Positions 7,458 to 14,708 of a DNA stretch of 38,245 bases are shown one piece after another. This DNA is from a virus. Each line of letters starts with the position of its first letter. Positions within the stretch are counted from its first letter, which is position 1. Below the pieces are notes generated by a model. The model worked only from the letters and a program-made list of their open reading frames with translations. It ran no database searches and was not told where the DNA came from. Both the position numbers and the translations under genes were made by a program. Where the stretch lies: IMG/VR virus record IMGVR_UViG_3300027828_000016; one strand, written 5' to 3'.

Positions 7458-7593
7458 GGTGGGGACTCGCGGCTAGAGGCAATTCGAGAAAGGTTTGCAA
7501 ACCTTGATAGGGAGTAGAAAACACACCTATTGGCGGCCTTTTTCTAGTGAGGGCTGACGGTGTGCGGAGGTTCAAATCCTCCCCCGACCACCA
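7458..7593 (+). ncRNA. tRNA-like element: canonical T arm, acceptor 3' strand, A and encoded CCA, plus a CUA anticodon-like hairpin. Not a canonical cloverleaf.
   Basis: GGAGG-TTCAAAT-CCTCC-CCCGACC-A-CCA at 7566-7593. Hairpin 7535-7555 has loop TTCTAGT. GGTGGGG at 7458-7464 pairs 6/7 with the acceptor 3' strand. About 48 extra nt carry two additional hairpins. Confidence 0.5.
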
Positions 7594-7667
7594 AATTTTG
7601 AGCGGTTGTGAAATGAAAGGCAGGACAGCAAGTCTGATAGTCAGACTAACGTAAAAATCCACCGCTC

Positions 7668-7681
7668 TTTGATCTTTGAAA
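7668..7681. repeat. 14-bp direct repeat TTTGATCTTTGAAA, copy 2
   Basis: Exact match to 7440-7453; directly follows the ACCGCTC 3' arm of the hairpin at 7600-7667. Confidence 0.9.
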
Positions 7682-7868
7682 TTCGATTTCTCATGTGATC
7701 ACACCAACCATTTGAGGTCTGTACATGCTCATCTTGATTTCTGATTGGCTCCCCACAAAGAGCCAACGCAGAATGGATGAGGTTATCGCCGGACAGCCGC
7801 TGAGAACCGAAGGCGTTTGGAGCCTTTAAGGTCCGGCGGTTGGGCCGGGAGGTGATCTAATAGAAAAG

Positions 7869-7896
7869 GCGGGTGCCGCTTGGATTCGGCACCCGC
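7869..7896. terminator. Perfect 10-bp GC-rich hairpin (terminator- or attenuator-like) ahead of the plus-strand gene block
   Basis: GCGGGTGCCG-cttggatt-CGGCACCCGC. The T-rich tail (CTTTTCTATT) is on the minus-strand reading only; the plus-strand side has an A-rich lead-in. Confidence 0.4.
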
Positions 7897-7938
7897 TATC
7901 ACATGAGACATCGAGTTTTTTTAAAAAAAAAGGTAAAT

Positions 7939-8088
7939 ATGCCAAATGATGGACGTAAAGATAGGTCAACCGGAGAGGTTTTCTACCACGGACAGTGGTG
8001 GGATGCAGAAGCCTCTTACCGGGAGGAAGCTGAAAAAGTAGCGTGTGAGCGCAATCATTTTAACCGAGAAAATGAGGAGGAGTCATGA
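7939..8088 (+). CDS. Hypothetical protein (49 aa)
   Basis: ATG 7939 follows AAAGG. The track ORF starts earlier (7873) inside the hairpin region, which is unlikely. Confidence 0.55.
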   Translation: MPNDGRKDRSTGEVFYHGQWWDAEASYREEAEKVACERNHFNRENEEES

Positions 8089-8294
8089 AAAAAACGATCA
8101 AGATGTATATTCTTTGGTCAAAAGGCGTTGGCGGCTGGCATCCTGAAATATTTGACAACGAACGCTCCATGGAAGACCAGGCGGAAAGCAACGAGCGTCT
8201 TGGTGTTGAGTGTAAGCGCACTGTTGGGGTTCGCCCTCGCCATCGTGATAATTTTTCTGACTCTGCGACTGTTCCTGGTCCTCTTGGGGGATAG
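8085..8294 (+). CDS. Hypothetical protein (69 aa)
   Basis: ATGA overlap with the upstream stop; strong SD GAGGAGG. Confidence 0.7.
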   Translation: MKKTIKMYILWSKGVGGWHPEIFDNERSMEDQAESNERLGVECKRTVGVRPRHRDNFSDSATVPGPLGG

Positions 8295-8296
8295 CC

Positions 8297-8512
8297 ATGA
8301 AAATAAACCTCGATAATCGTGTTAGCATGTGCCCTGAGTGCCTGTGTGAAAAACTTCAATGCGTGTGCGGATCAGATAGACCGGCTATAATGATGAGCCG
8401 CAGAATGTTTGATATATTTCAAGCCATGGAAGATCATAACGTTCCGGTTGAGACAATCGATTTCGGCTCGTTTATAGACACAGAGCTTATTAAAATTGCC
8501 GGAGTCGCGTAA
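8297..8512 (+). CDS. Hypothetical Cys-rich protein (71 aa)
   Basis: GGGGGA upstream of ATG 8297; CPECLCEKLQCVCG motif. Confidence 0.65.
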   Translation: MKINLDNRVSMCPECLCEKLQCVCGSDRPAIMMSRRMFDIFQAMEDHNVPVETIDFGSFIDTELIKIAGVA

Positions 8513-9063
8513 TGGGCTATGCACAGTGTGCCCTTGAAGGGTGCGAAGTAACCTTCAGGAGGGAAAAGGGCAAGCGCATGAAGTATTGTTGTCATGAGCA
8601 TGCAAAAGAAGGCAGAAAACAATCGTGGGCAAAGGCTGCAAAAAAATCAGACAGCAAAAAAAAATATTGTGAAATTTGTAAATGCAAATTCACGCCAAGA
8701 AATAAATTACAAGTTTTGTGCGGGAAAACATCCTGCAAAAAGAAAAGGGCCAAGTTGAAGGCAAAAGAGCTTTCAGACAGTGAATACCCGATGGAGAGGC
8801 GGTGTTCTATTTGTAATGAAAAGTTCATTTCAAAGGGACCCAAAAACCATATTTGTAGCAATGAAGATTGCAAATACAAAAACGGGTTGCGTCTTAGAAG
8901 AGAGTCTGGTAGACGTAATAAGAACAAGGAGAAGAAAAAGCCGGGACAACACAACGAACCGGTTATGTGGGATTGGAAAAAATTTGGTGACCCATATAAA
9001 GAGATTACAGCCCCATTATCTGGGCTTCCAGGTCGTCACGCTCAGTTCCACCCAATGTCTTAA
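8512..9063 (+). CDS. Basic multi-zinc-ribbon-like protein (183 aa)
   Basis: TAATG overlap with the upstream gene. Repeated Cys pairs (CALEGC, CCHEH, CEICKC, CGKTSC, CSIC, CSNEDC) are interspersed with Lys/Arg runs. Confidence 0.7.
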   Translation: MGYAQCALEGCEVTFRREKGKRMKYCCHEHAKEGRKQSWAKAAKKSDSKKKYCEICKCKFTPRNKLQVLCGKTSCKKKRAKLKAKELSDSEYPMERRCSICNEKFISKGPKNHICSNEDCKYKNGLRLRRESGRRNKNKEKKKPGQHNEPVMWDWKKFGDPYKEITAPLSGLPGRHAQFHPMS

Positions 9064-9116
9064 AACTAGGAGTAGCCTGCGAGGCTATCAATCAGCAAAA
9101 TCAAGAGGATACAGAT

Positions 9117-9299
9117 ATGAAACCTAAGCACACTGAAAAAGACTCTCGTGGACACCTGATCGTTGCTTGCTGTGAATGTCAGCGTGGCGGCAATGGCGAC
9201 CAATCCTGCTCGGCTGGAATGGATTCAAAACGATGGGACTATAAGTCCTGTTTCTGCGGCCAGCTCCTCGACAAGTACGACGCCAACAAGGTGCAGTAA
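9117..9299 (+). CDS. Hypothetical Cys-rich protein (60 aa)
   Basis: SD AAGAGGA upstream of ATG 9117. Confidence 0.6.
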   Translation: MKPKHTEKDSRGHLIVACCECQRGGNGDQSCSAGMDSKRWDYKSCFCGQLLDKYDANKVQ

Positions 9300-9504
9300 C
9301 AAATTTACAGACGCGGCGGCGCGGAAAGCAGACACGCAGTGGATCGGTAGCTCACGACCATACCTGAAAAATGTGAGGGCTTGCGATAATTAGGTGGATT
9401 CCCCCAAGCAAGCATGGACCACCATGAGAGAAAGGCATTGTCCGCCTTTGAGGATAGCCGGAGTAGCGACCGGCCCGCGTCAACAAATTAAAGGTAGGCA
9501 GACG

Positions 9505-9684
9505 ATGAGTAAAATTCACTACGAAATTCCAGCCATCGACGACAGGTTTATCCGCGTTGCTTGCCGGAGCCGCGAGTTCCAGAAGTACACGAAAGACCTT
9601 GGACGTGTGACATGTGCGAGGTGCCTCAAGACGGAAGTTTTCCGCGAGGCGTGGGCTAAAATGAAAGCGAAGAGTGGAGCCTAG
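9505..9684 (+). CDS. Hypothetical protein (59 aa)
   Basis: ATG 9505 preceded by AAAGGTAGG; the track ORF start (9394) is an alternative-codon extension. Confidence 0.55.
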   Translation: MSKIHYEIPAIDDRFIRVACRSREFQKYTKDLGRVTCARCLKTEVFREAWAKMKAKSGA

Positions 9685-9686
9685 AT

Positions 9687-10232
9687 ATGAGCGATCAAAA
9701 TTGCATCTACTGCGGAGAGTTAGTCAACTACTCGAGCGAACCGGAGTTCGGTGAAACTGGCGATAAAACGCCAAACGGCCCCGCTCATCATCGGTGCATT
9801 GCCAAGGCGCGGATCGAAGAACTTGAAGCCGAAGTCAAACATTTCAGGACAAAGGCCACAAGGTTTGAAGCTGAGAACGCCGCATTGCGTGATGATGCTT
9901 GCAAGCTGTTCGTCAAGCAAATGAAGGCAGACGGAGACGGCTTTCGCTTTGTGTTCGATAGCAATCCCGCTCTCCGCGCAATGTCTGAATGGGCTGTAGG
10001 TTTTCTCGCCGCCAATGACGCCCCAAATTTCATAGCAACAGAGTTAAGAGGTGGGCCATTCCCTGTCTCCATTTCATTTGAACGCATGGATGGAGAGGAC
10101 ACCCCCGCCGCCAAGCTGACCCGCTTGGATAACGCTCTGCGCTCTGTTCGTGAGCAACTTATCGAAACGGGTCTTGAACCCGGGACGCGAGTGGTTCGCA
10201 CTATTGATGAAGCAACAAAGATTGGAGGGTAG
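9687..10232 (+). CDS. Hypothetical protein with N-terminal CxxC and a coiled-coil segment (181 aa)
   Basis: ATG 9687 lies 2 nt after the upstream stop; IEELEAEVKHFRTKATRFEAENAALR heptad-like stretch. Confidence 0.7.
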   Translation: MSDQNCIYCGELVNYSSEPEFGETGDKTPNGPAHHRCIAKARIEELEAEVKHFRTKATRFEAENAALRDDACKLFVKQMKADGDGFRFVFDSNPALRAMSEWAVGFLAANDAPNFIATELRGGPFPVSISFERMDGEDTPAAKLTRLDNALRSVREQLIETGLEPGTRVVRTIDEATKIGG

Positions 10233-10236
10233 GTTT

Positions 10237-10884
10237 ATGAAAGTAGGTTGCATGCCTTTTACTGCCCGACTTGTGCGCTCCATCTTGGAAGGCCGCAAGA
10301 CGCAGACACGCCGAGTCATACCTACGCGGCTGACTTGTAATGCCGACATCGACAAGAACGACCCAACGTATTTCTTTGTCGAAGATCAGTACGGAGATTG
10401 GGAACCCGGCGAAGTGTACGCGCCTTATCAGGCTGGTGATATCCTTTGGATCCGTGAACCGGGACGTGTTGTTGATTTCAACTATTTCCCCTTACGTGTG
10501 GACGTTGAATACAACGCAGACCGTGACTTTCAAACGGTTCTCATGCCTGAACGCCTTCAGAAAGAAGATGGACTCGCGGGATTACCCCGGTGGGCATCGG
10601 AAACGAGGGGCATCCCTAACGGCATTTTTAAAGAAGCTGCTCGACTCTTCGTCAAGATCGTCAATGTTCGTGTCGAGCGCGTGGCCTGTATTTCCGAAGC
10701 GGATGCTCTCGCCGAGGGCATGGACACGCAAGACGAAGACAGGTTGCTCCCTACCCCAGTCGAACAATTCCAATACCTGTGGAACGACCTCGCGAAGAAA
10801 GGCTCCGAATGGTCCGACAACCCATGGGTGTGGGTCTACGAGTTCGAGCGCACCGACAAGCCCGCCGATTGGCCGGAAAATTGA
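10237..10884 (+). CDS. ASCH (PUA-like) domain protein
   Basis: N-terminal MPFTARLVRSILEGRKTQTRR motif, typical of phage ASCH proteins; GGAGGG upstream of ATG 10237. Confidence 0.65.
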   Translation: MKVGCMPFTARLVRSILEGRKTQTRRVIPTRLTCNADIDKNDPTYFFVEDQYGDWEPGEVYAPYQAGDILWIREPGRVVDFNYFPLRVDVEYNADRDFQTVLMPERLQKEDGLAGLPRWASETRGIPNGIFKEAARLFVKIVNVRVERVACISEADALAEGMDTQDEDRLLPTPVEQFQYLWNDLAKKGSEWSDNPWVWVYEFERTDKPADWPEN

Positions 10885-10906
10885 TAGTAGTCTTGGAGGA
10901 ATAATC

Positions 10907-11245
10907 ATGATCGAGATTTGCAATATCAGAAATGGACACCCGACAGAGGCATACGATTTTTACATTGATCGTCGCTCACCAGTTGGCAATCCGTTCCCCA
11001 TGAAGAAAGAGGCGCAACGCGACATTGTGTGTGACGCCTACGAGGAACACTTCGCCAGAATGGTCAAGCTCGGCAACCATGAATTTGTCGGCTACCTGAC
11101 CACCATGAGCAAAGCCCTTGAGATTCACGGCAAGGTACGCCTGTTTTGCTGGTGCGCCCCCAAGCGTTGCCATGGCGAAATGATCAAGCAGTATCTTGAG
11201 TCAAATACGCCGTCTCATTCAAAAGAAGTGGGCAACAATGAGTAA
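10907..11245 (+). CDS. DUF4326-family protein
   Basis: YIDRRSPVGNPF ... GKVRLFCWCAPKRCHGEMI pattern; SD GGAGGA upstream of ATG 10907. The 5' part of track ORF 10340.. lies out of frame over the ASCH gene. Confidence 0.7.
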   Translation: MIEICNIRNGHPTEAYDFYIDRRSPVGNPFPMKKEAQRDIVCDAYEEHFARMVKLGNHEFVGYLTTMSKALEIHGKVRLFCWCAPKRCHGEMIKQYLESNTPSHSKEVGNNE

Positions 11246-12002
11246 AACGCACGTAGTTATGTTTTCAGGGGGTAAGGATTCCCTCGCTCAACTCATCGTC
11301 ATGATGCAGCGCAAAGAGCCTATCCACTCTGTTGTGAATGTTGATGTGGGGTGGGAGTTCCCGTGGATGTACGACCATATAAACAAGGTTGCTGCCATGT
11401 TGGAAAGCAAGGGGATCAAGTTCGTCCGCTTCAATATCGCTGACAAGATTCGATACCTCATGTTTAAGCATGCCGTTTTTGGGCGTGACGAGCCATACAA
11501 AGGCAAGCTGCGTTACTTCGGCAAAGGATGGCCCGGCCCCGGTCGCCGCTGGTGTACCCGCGAGAAAAACGAACTCAAGGACAAGTACATCAAATCCATT
11601 GATGGGGCTGTGTCCTGCATCGGCTTTGCCGCCGACGAAGCGCACCGCGCCGAATCGAAGAACCTAAAAAAGCAGCCCTATGATGTGCGGTTCCCGCTCA
11701 TTGAGGAGGGATTAACCGAAGTCGACGCCCTCGCGCTCTGTCGTGAGCATGGATACTACCCCAAAGGCGGCTCCCCTTACGATCACTTCCGGCGGGTGTC
11801 CTGCTTTTGCTGCCCACTCCAACCGATCGAAGAATTGCGGGCCTTGCGCGTCAACTATCCCAACGAATGGGCGATAATGCTCAAGTGGGACAAGCTCATG
11901 CCGAGCATCAATAAGCCTTTCAAGGCCGGGGAAACCGTCCATGATCTGGACGCACGTTTTGAGTACGAAGCAAGCATGATGGGGCATTGCCATGTGGCGT
12001 AA
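11238..12002 (+). CDS. PAPS-reductase-fold PP-loop ATPase family protein
   Basis: VVMFSGGKDS PP-loop near the N-terminus; C-terminal CFCCP motif; 254 aa from ATG 11238. Confidence 0.75.
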   Translation: MSKTHVVMFSGGKDSLAQLIVMMQRKEPIHSVVNVDVGWEFPWMYDHINKVAAMLESKGIKFVRFNIADKIRYLMFKHAVFGRDEPYKGKLRYFGKGWPGPGRRWCTREKNELKDKYIKSIDGAVSCIGFAADEAHRAESKNLKKQPYDVRFPLIEEGLTEVDALALCREHGYYPKGGSPYDHFRRVSCFCCPLQPIEELRALRVNYPNEWAIMLKWDKLMPSINKPFKAGETVHDLDARFEYEASMMGHCHVA

Positions 12003-12111
12003 GATCAAAGATTTTTTCATCCGTAACCTTTGGAACGGGTGCCACGGCTGCAAGCATAGCGTTGACAACAAGCGCGGCCCTAATTGTTCCGCATGGTGCG
12101 GGTTTATCTAA
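11992..12111 (+). CDS. Possible 39-aa Cys-rich micro-protein (not in the ORF track)
   Basis: My hand translation gives MWRKIKDFFIRNLWNGCHGCKHSVDNKRGPNCSAWCGFI. It fills the gap between flanking genes and overlaps the upstream stop. Confidence 0.35.
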   Translation: MWRKIKDFFIRNLWNGCHGCKHSVDNKRGPNCSAWCGFI

Positions 12112-12127
12112 ACTGTTCAGCAGGACT

Positions 12128-12415
12128 ATGAACATGAAGAAAAAAGCACACCCCCGCTCTTGCCACAAGTGCCGTTATCTCGGTTCAGAGAGTGACGGGA
12201 ACTATCCTGAGTTCGCGCAGAGTTGGCCGTCTTGCAACAAGGTGGAAAGCTACCAATATCTCAGGTCGTTTCCATTCAAAAAGCGGATGCCGTGTTTTCG
12301 CAATCGACTGCGCATGTACTACGGACGTACCGGATGGTTTGAAGGCGGCGTGTACACGGGCCGGGACAACCAGGACAAGGGAAATAAGTGCATCCGTGGG
12401 TTGATCCACGAATAA
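12128..12415 (+). CDS. Hypothetical Cys-rich protein (95 aa)
   Basis: ATG 12128 follows AGCAGGA; the 5' extension in the track (11987) is low-complexity and out of context. Confidence 0.55.
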   Translation: MNMKKKAHPRSCHKCRYLGSESDGNYPEFAQSWPSCNKVESYQYLRSFPFKKRMPCFRNRLRMYYGRTGWFEGGVYTGRDNQDKGNKCIRGLIHE

Positions 12416-12441
12416 CCACTAATCCGCAATGAGGTGATGAA

Positions 12442-12660
12442 ATGAAAGGGATCATGAGTGAAATTCTGGAGGCCACCGCCACGGGCGGTTCCGACAGTAG
12501 CTCGACGGCTGTTTATCTCGGCCACGTCCAGCACCTTGCTTTGATTGAAGCGCTGGCTAGAGGAGAAGACGATCATGTCTCAAAAGTCGATGATGCGTGT
12601 TTCTTCGATGGGATCGAAATAATCCCTGTCGAAAAAGACAATTATCTCCGAGTCATTTAA
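12442..12660 (+). CDS. Hypothetical protein (72 aa)
   Basis: SD GAGGTGA 7 nt upstream of ATG 12442. Confidence 0.65.
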   Translation: MKGIMSEILEATATGGSDSSSTAVYLGHVQHLALIEALARGEDDHVSKVDDACFFDGIEIIPVEKDNYLRVI

Positions 12661-12687
12661 CCGCTTATTTGTAATGAGGTGATGAAG

Positions 12688-12918
12688 ATGGAATTAAGCG
12701 AATCTCAAAAGAAAAAGATGCGCCACGCATGTGGCGACAAGCCACAATCGGAGGCCCACCGGAACTATTACAACAGCTCCACCCCCGACCCTGATTGGGA
12801 AGAGTTGGTGGCGGCTGATCTGGCTATTAAATTCGACCGAGGAGAAGACTTAGGCGGGTTGTACTACCACCTGACCAATCCCGGATTTGAGGCCATAGCT
12901 CCTCTCCTGGGCAAATAG
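12688..12918 (+). CDS. Hypothetical protein (76 aa)
   Basis: Has the same AATGAGGTGATGAA leader as the previous gene. ATG 12688 lies 8 nt after GAGG; the track start 12679 is a GTG. Confidence 0.6.
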   Translation: MELSESQKKKMRHACGDKPQSEAHRNYYNSSTPDPDWEELVAADLAIKFDRGEDLGGLYYHLTNPGFEAIAPLLGK

Positions 12919-12949
12919 CCCACTCACTCAGCATACCACGAGGTGGAAC

Positions 12950-13225
12950 ATGAAAGAAATAAACTGCAAATACGTTGGTGTGGATTGGGACCGTGGAGTC
13001 CTGACCTGCAATGTAAGACCGGAGTGGGACGGCGCTTACTGGGTGACACGCGAGGGCTGTTCGCTCGGTTTGCTGGACCGCCAGCCGCAAGGCACGAAAC
13101 GCGGCCAGCTTTTTAAATTCGTCAAGATGCCCATGGAGCTTGATAACGGCCCAGTTGATGAGAATTGGGTTGGGTTCAGCGGCTGTTATTGGGAGTTGAT
13201 CGAGGATTGCTCCTCTGAAATCTAA
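12950..13225 (+). CDS. Hypothetical protein (91 aa)
   Basis: SD GAGGTGG upstream of ATG 12950. Confidence 0.65.
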   Translation: MKEINCKYVGVDWDRGVLTCNVRPEWDGAYWVTREGCSLGLLDRQPQGTKRGQLFKFVKMPMELDNGPVDENWVGFSGCYWELIEDCSSEI

Positions 13226-13244
13226 ACGTACATGAGAAAACACG

Positions 13245-13646
13245 ATGACACGTAAAGAAGAACGAGAGTTCCTTTTCAATAAGACTAATGGCCGATGTGC
13301 CTATTGCGGTTGTGAATTACCGAAGCGATGGCATGCCGACCACATGGAACCCGTGGTACGAAAGTTGGTTTTTCATAATGACGGATCGGTCACTTCATCC
13401 AGTGACATGTGGTACCCGGAAAACGATACCATTGAGAACAAGGTGGCGTCTTGTCCGTCATGCAACATCAAGAAGGGCAATAGCTGCGTTGAAGGCTTTA
13501 GAAATGAAATAGCCTCACGACTTGAAATGCTGAATCAATATGCCCCTTACAAACTCGCCAAGAAATTCGGACAGGTCAAAGAAACACCCGATCCGGTGGT
13601 GTTCTACTTCGAGAAAATAACCACTGATACAACCAAGGAAGGCTGA
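13245..13646 (+). CDS. HNH endonuclease
   Basis: CAYCGCEL...WHADHMEP...N...SCPSCNIKKG, the HNH beta-beta-alpha-metal signature. Confidence 0.85.
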   Translation: MTRKEEREFLFNKTNGRCAYCGCELPKRWHADHMEPVVRKLVFHNDGSVTSSSDMWYPENDTIENKVASCPSCNIKKGNSCVEGFRNEIASRLEMLNQYAPYKLAKKFGQVKETPDPVVFYFEKITTDTTKEG

Positions 13647-13647
13647 A

Positions 13648-13935
13648 ATGGCTCTCGGAGCTTTTGACCACTGCCGAAACTGTTTGTTTTGGGACCATGA
13701 GAATCAGGAAATACGATTCGTCGAGGCTGCCCAAGAGGACCGCAATTGCGCCCAGTGCAGCCATTGGAAAGATTGGTCCTCTGAAAAGGGCTGGTGCATC
13801 CACCATGAACGCCGCAATCCGATTGATACGAGCGACCCGGCTGTGCAGGTCGACATCATCATTGAGCGCGAGATGCGTAAGGCCGCTTTGAATAAATCTG
13901 ACTATATGAACAAGGACGGTGAACAGAATGTCTGA
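13648..13935 (+). CDS. Hypothetical Cys-rich protein (95 aa)
   Basis: SD AAGGAAGG upstream of ATG 13648; CRNC ... CAQC motifs. Confidence 0.65.
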   Translation: MALGAFDHCRNCLFWDHENQEIRFVEAAQEDRNCAQCSHWKDWSSEKGWCIHHERRNPIDTSDPAVQVDIIIEREMRKAALNKSDYMNKDGEQNV

Positions 13936-14134
13936 AATAAAGCAATGCGATGGATGCGGAAAGCATAGTCCGGACGAAAAAGGGCTGCACGTTGCTAACA
14001 ATTGGTATCACATTGAATACTCGTATCGGGGGCACTTTGGGATGAACCATGAGAAAAAAGATTTGTGCATAGCCTGTTTCGACAAGGCGCGTAACGCCCT
14101 GAAGTCCACGAATGAAGACGAGGAAGACAAGTGA
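13928..14134 (+). CDS. Hypothetical zinc-ribbon-like protein (68 aa)
   Basis: ATG 13928 follows AAGGACGG; CDGC ... CIAC motifs. Confidence 0.6.
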   Translation: MSEIKQCDGCGKHSPDEKGLHVANNWYHIEYSYRGHFGMNHEKKDLCIACFDKARNALKSTNEDEEDK

Positions 14135-14400
14135 TGTGGAGCCCTCTTGAAATAAAAATTCTCATGCACTCATACGGATGCCGCGCACCGTTTCCTGAGA
14201 TGGGTCTAGAGGTCGTGGCAAACGCGCATGAGAAACTGGAAATGAATGATTTAATCCTTTGCGAAGATAGAGGCGACAGCAAAATTTACCTGACCACCGA
14301 AAGGGGTAGAGCAATGGTTAATTTTATCCTTCGCATGCCAACCCCTGTCGAGGTTTTCTTGAATCCGCAGACAACTGAAACGTTCAATCCAAACGAATAG
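14134..14400 (+). CDS. Hypothetical protein (88 aa)
   Basis: TGATG overlap with the upstream stop; GAGGAAG 7 nt upstream. Confidence 0.65.
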   Translation: MWSPLEIKILMHSYGCRAPFPEMGLEVVANAHEKLEMNDLILCEDRGDSKIYLTTERGRAMVNFILRMPTPVEVFLNPQTTETFNPNE

Positions 14401-14411
14401 GGAATACCGCC

Positions 14412-14516
14412 ATGTGGACAAATGAATTTGTAGAAGCGCACTGGCGCACGGCTGGCTTAGTGATCCTTCTCCCCGGCCTTGGGGTTGTGGGCCTTCTGCT
14501 CTGGCTGTTCGGATAA
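14412..14516 (+). CDS. Possible 34-aa single-pass membrane peptide (not in the ORF track)
   Basis: My hand translation gives MWTNEFVEAHWRTAGLVILLPGLGVVGLLLWLFG; AGGGAA lies upstream. Confidence 0.4.
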   Translation: MWTNEFVEAHWRTAGLVILLPGLGVVGLLLWLFG

Positions 14517-14543
14517 TAACCACGAATACACTGAGGTGTGACC

Positions 14544-14708
14544 ATGAAGATATTTGTCTCAATTGAAGATGTGGCCGACTGCATACACTGCCAAGGTCAA
14601 CCCAAATACCGGCTTGTTGAAATCAACCTCACGGAAGAGCAGGAAAAGAAACTGCGTAGGCGCAAGCACGAAAGCTATAGTCAGTGCTACGTCCAAACTG
14701 ACAAGTAG
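14544..14708 (+). CDS. Possible 54-aa protein (not in the ORF track)
   Basis: SD GAGGTG upstream of ATG 14544. My hand translation gives MKIFVSIEDVADCIHCQGQPKYRLVEINLTEEQEKKLRRRKHESYSQCYVQTDK. It competes with the 5' part of track ORF 14554. Confidence 0.45.
   Translation: MKIFVSIEDVADCIHCQGQPKYRLVEINLTEEQEKKLRRRKHESYSQCYVQTDK

Noticed and set aside
7458-7593. Reading the partial tRNA-like sequence as a phage attP carrying the 3' end of a host tRNA or tmRNA gene
   Set aside because: No integrase, excisionase or repressor-type lysogeny gene is recognisable anywhere in the closed genome. An attP with no recombinase is unlikely, although it cannot be excluded without host sequences.
7458-7593. 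Canonical tRNA or canonical tmRNA call
   Set aside because: About 48 nt with two extra hairpins separate the D-like and anticodon-like arms, so no standard cloverleaf forms. At 136 nt the element is much shorter than a standard one-piece tmRNA. The possible internal reading frames end in sequences unlike known degradation tags. It is reported as tRNA-like only.
7420-7662. 80-aa minus-strand ORF across the tRNA-like element
   Set aside because: It overlaps the structured RNA region, has no SD, has a low-complexity or odd composition, and has no same-strand neighbouring genes.
10340-10906. 5' two thirds of the 301-aa track ORF 10340..11245
   Set aside because: It lies out of frame over the ASCH gene, which has clear motifs. 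The Ser/Thr/Arg-rich translation looks non-genic. The DUF4326 gene starts at ATG 10907 with a GGAGGA SD.
12916-13105. Long open frame after the TAG stop of gene 12688..12918 as a possible amber read-through extension
   Set aside because: The roughly 60-codon extension is out of frame with, and overlaps, the well-supported gene 12950..13225. It translates to an Arg/Gly/Pro-rich non-protein-like sequence.
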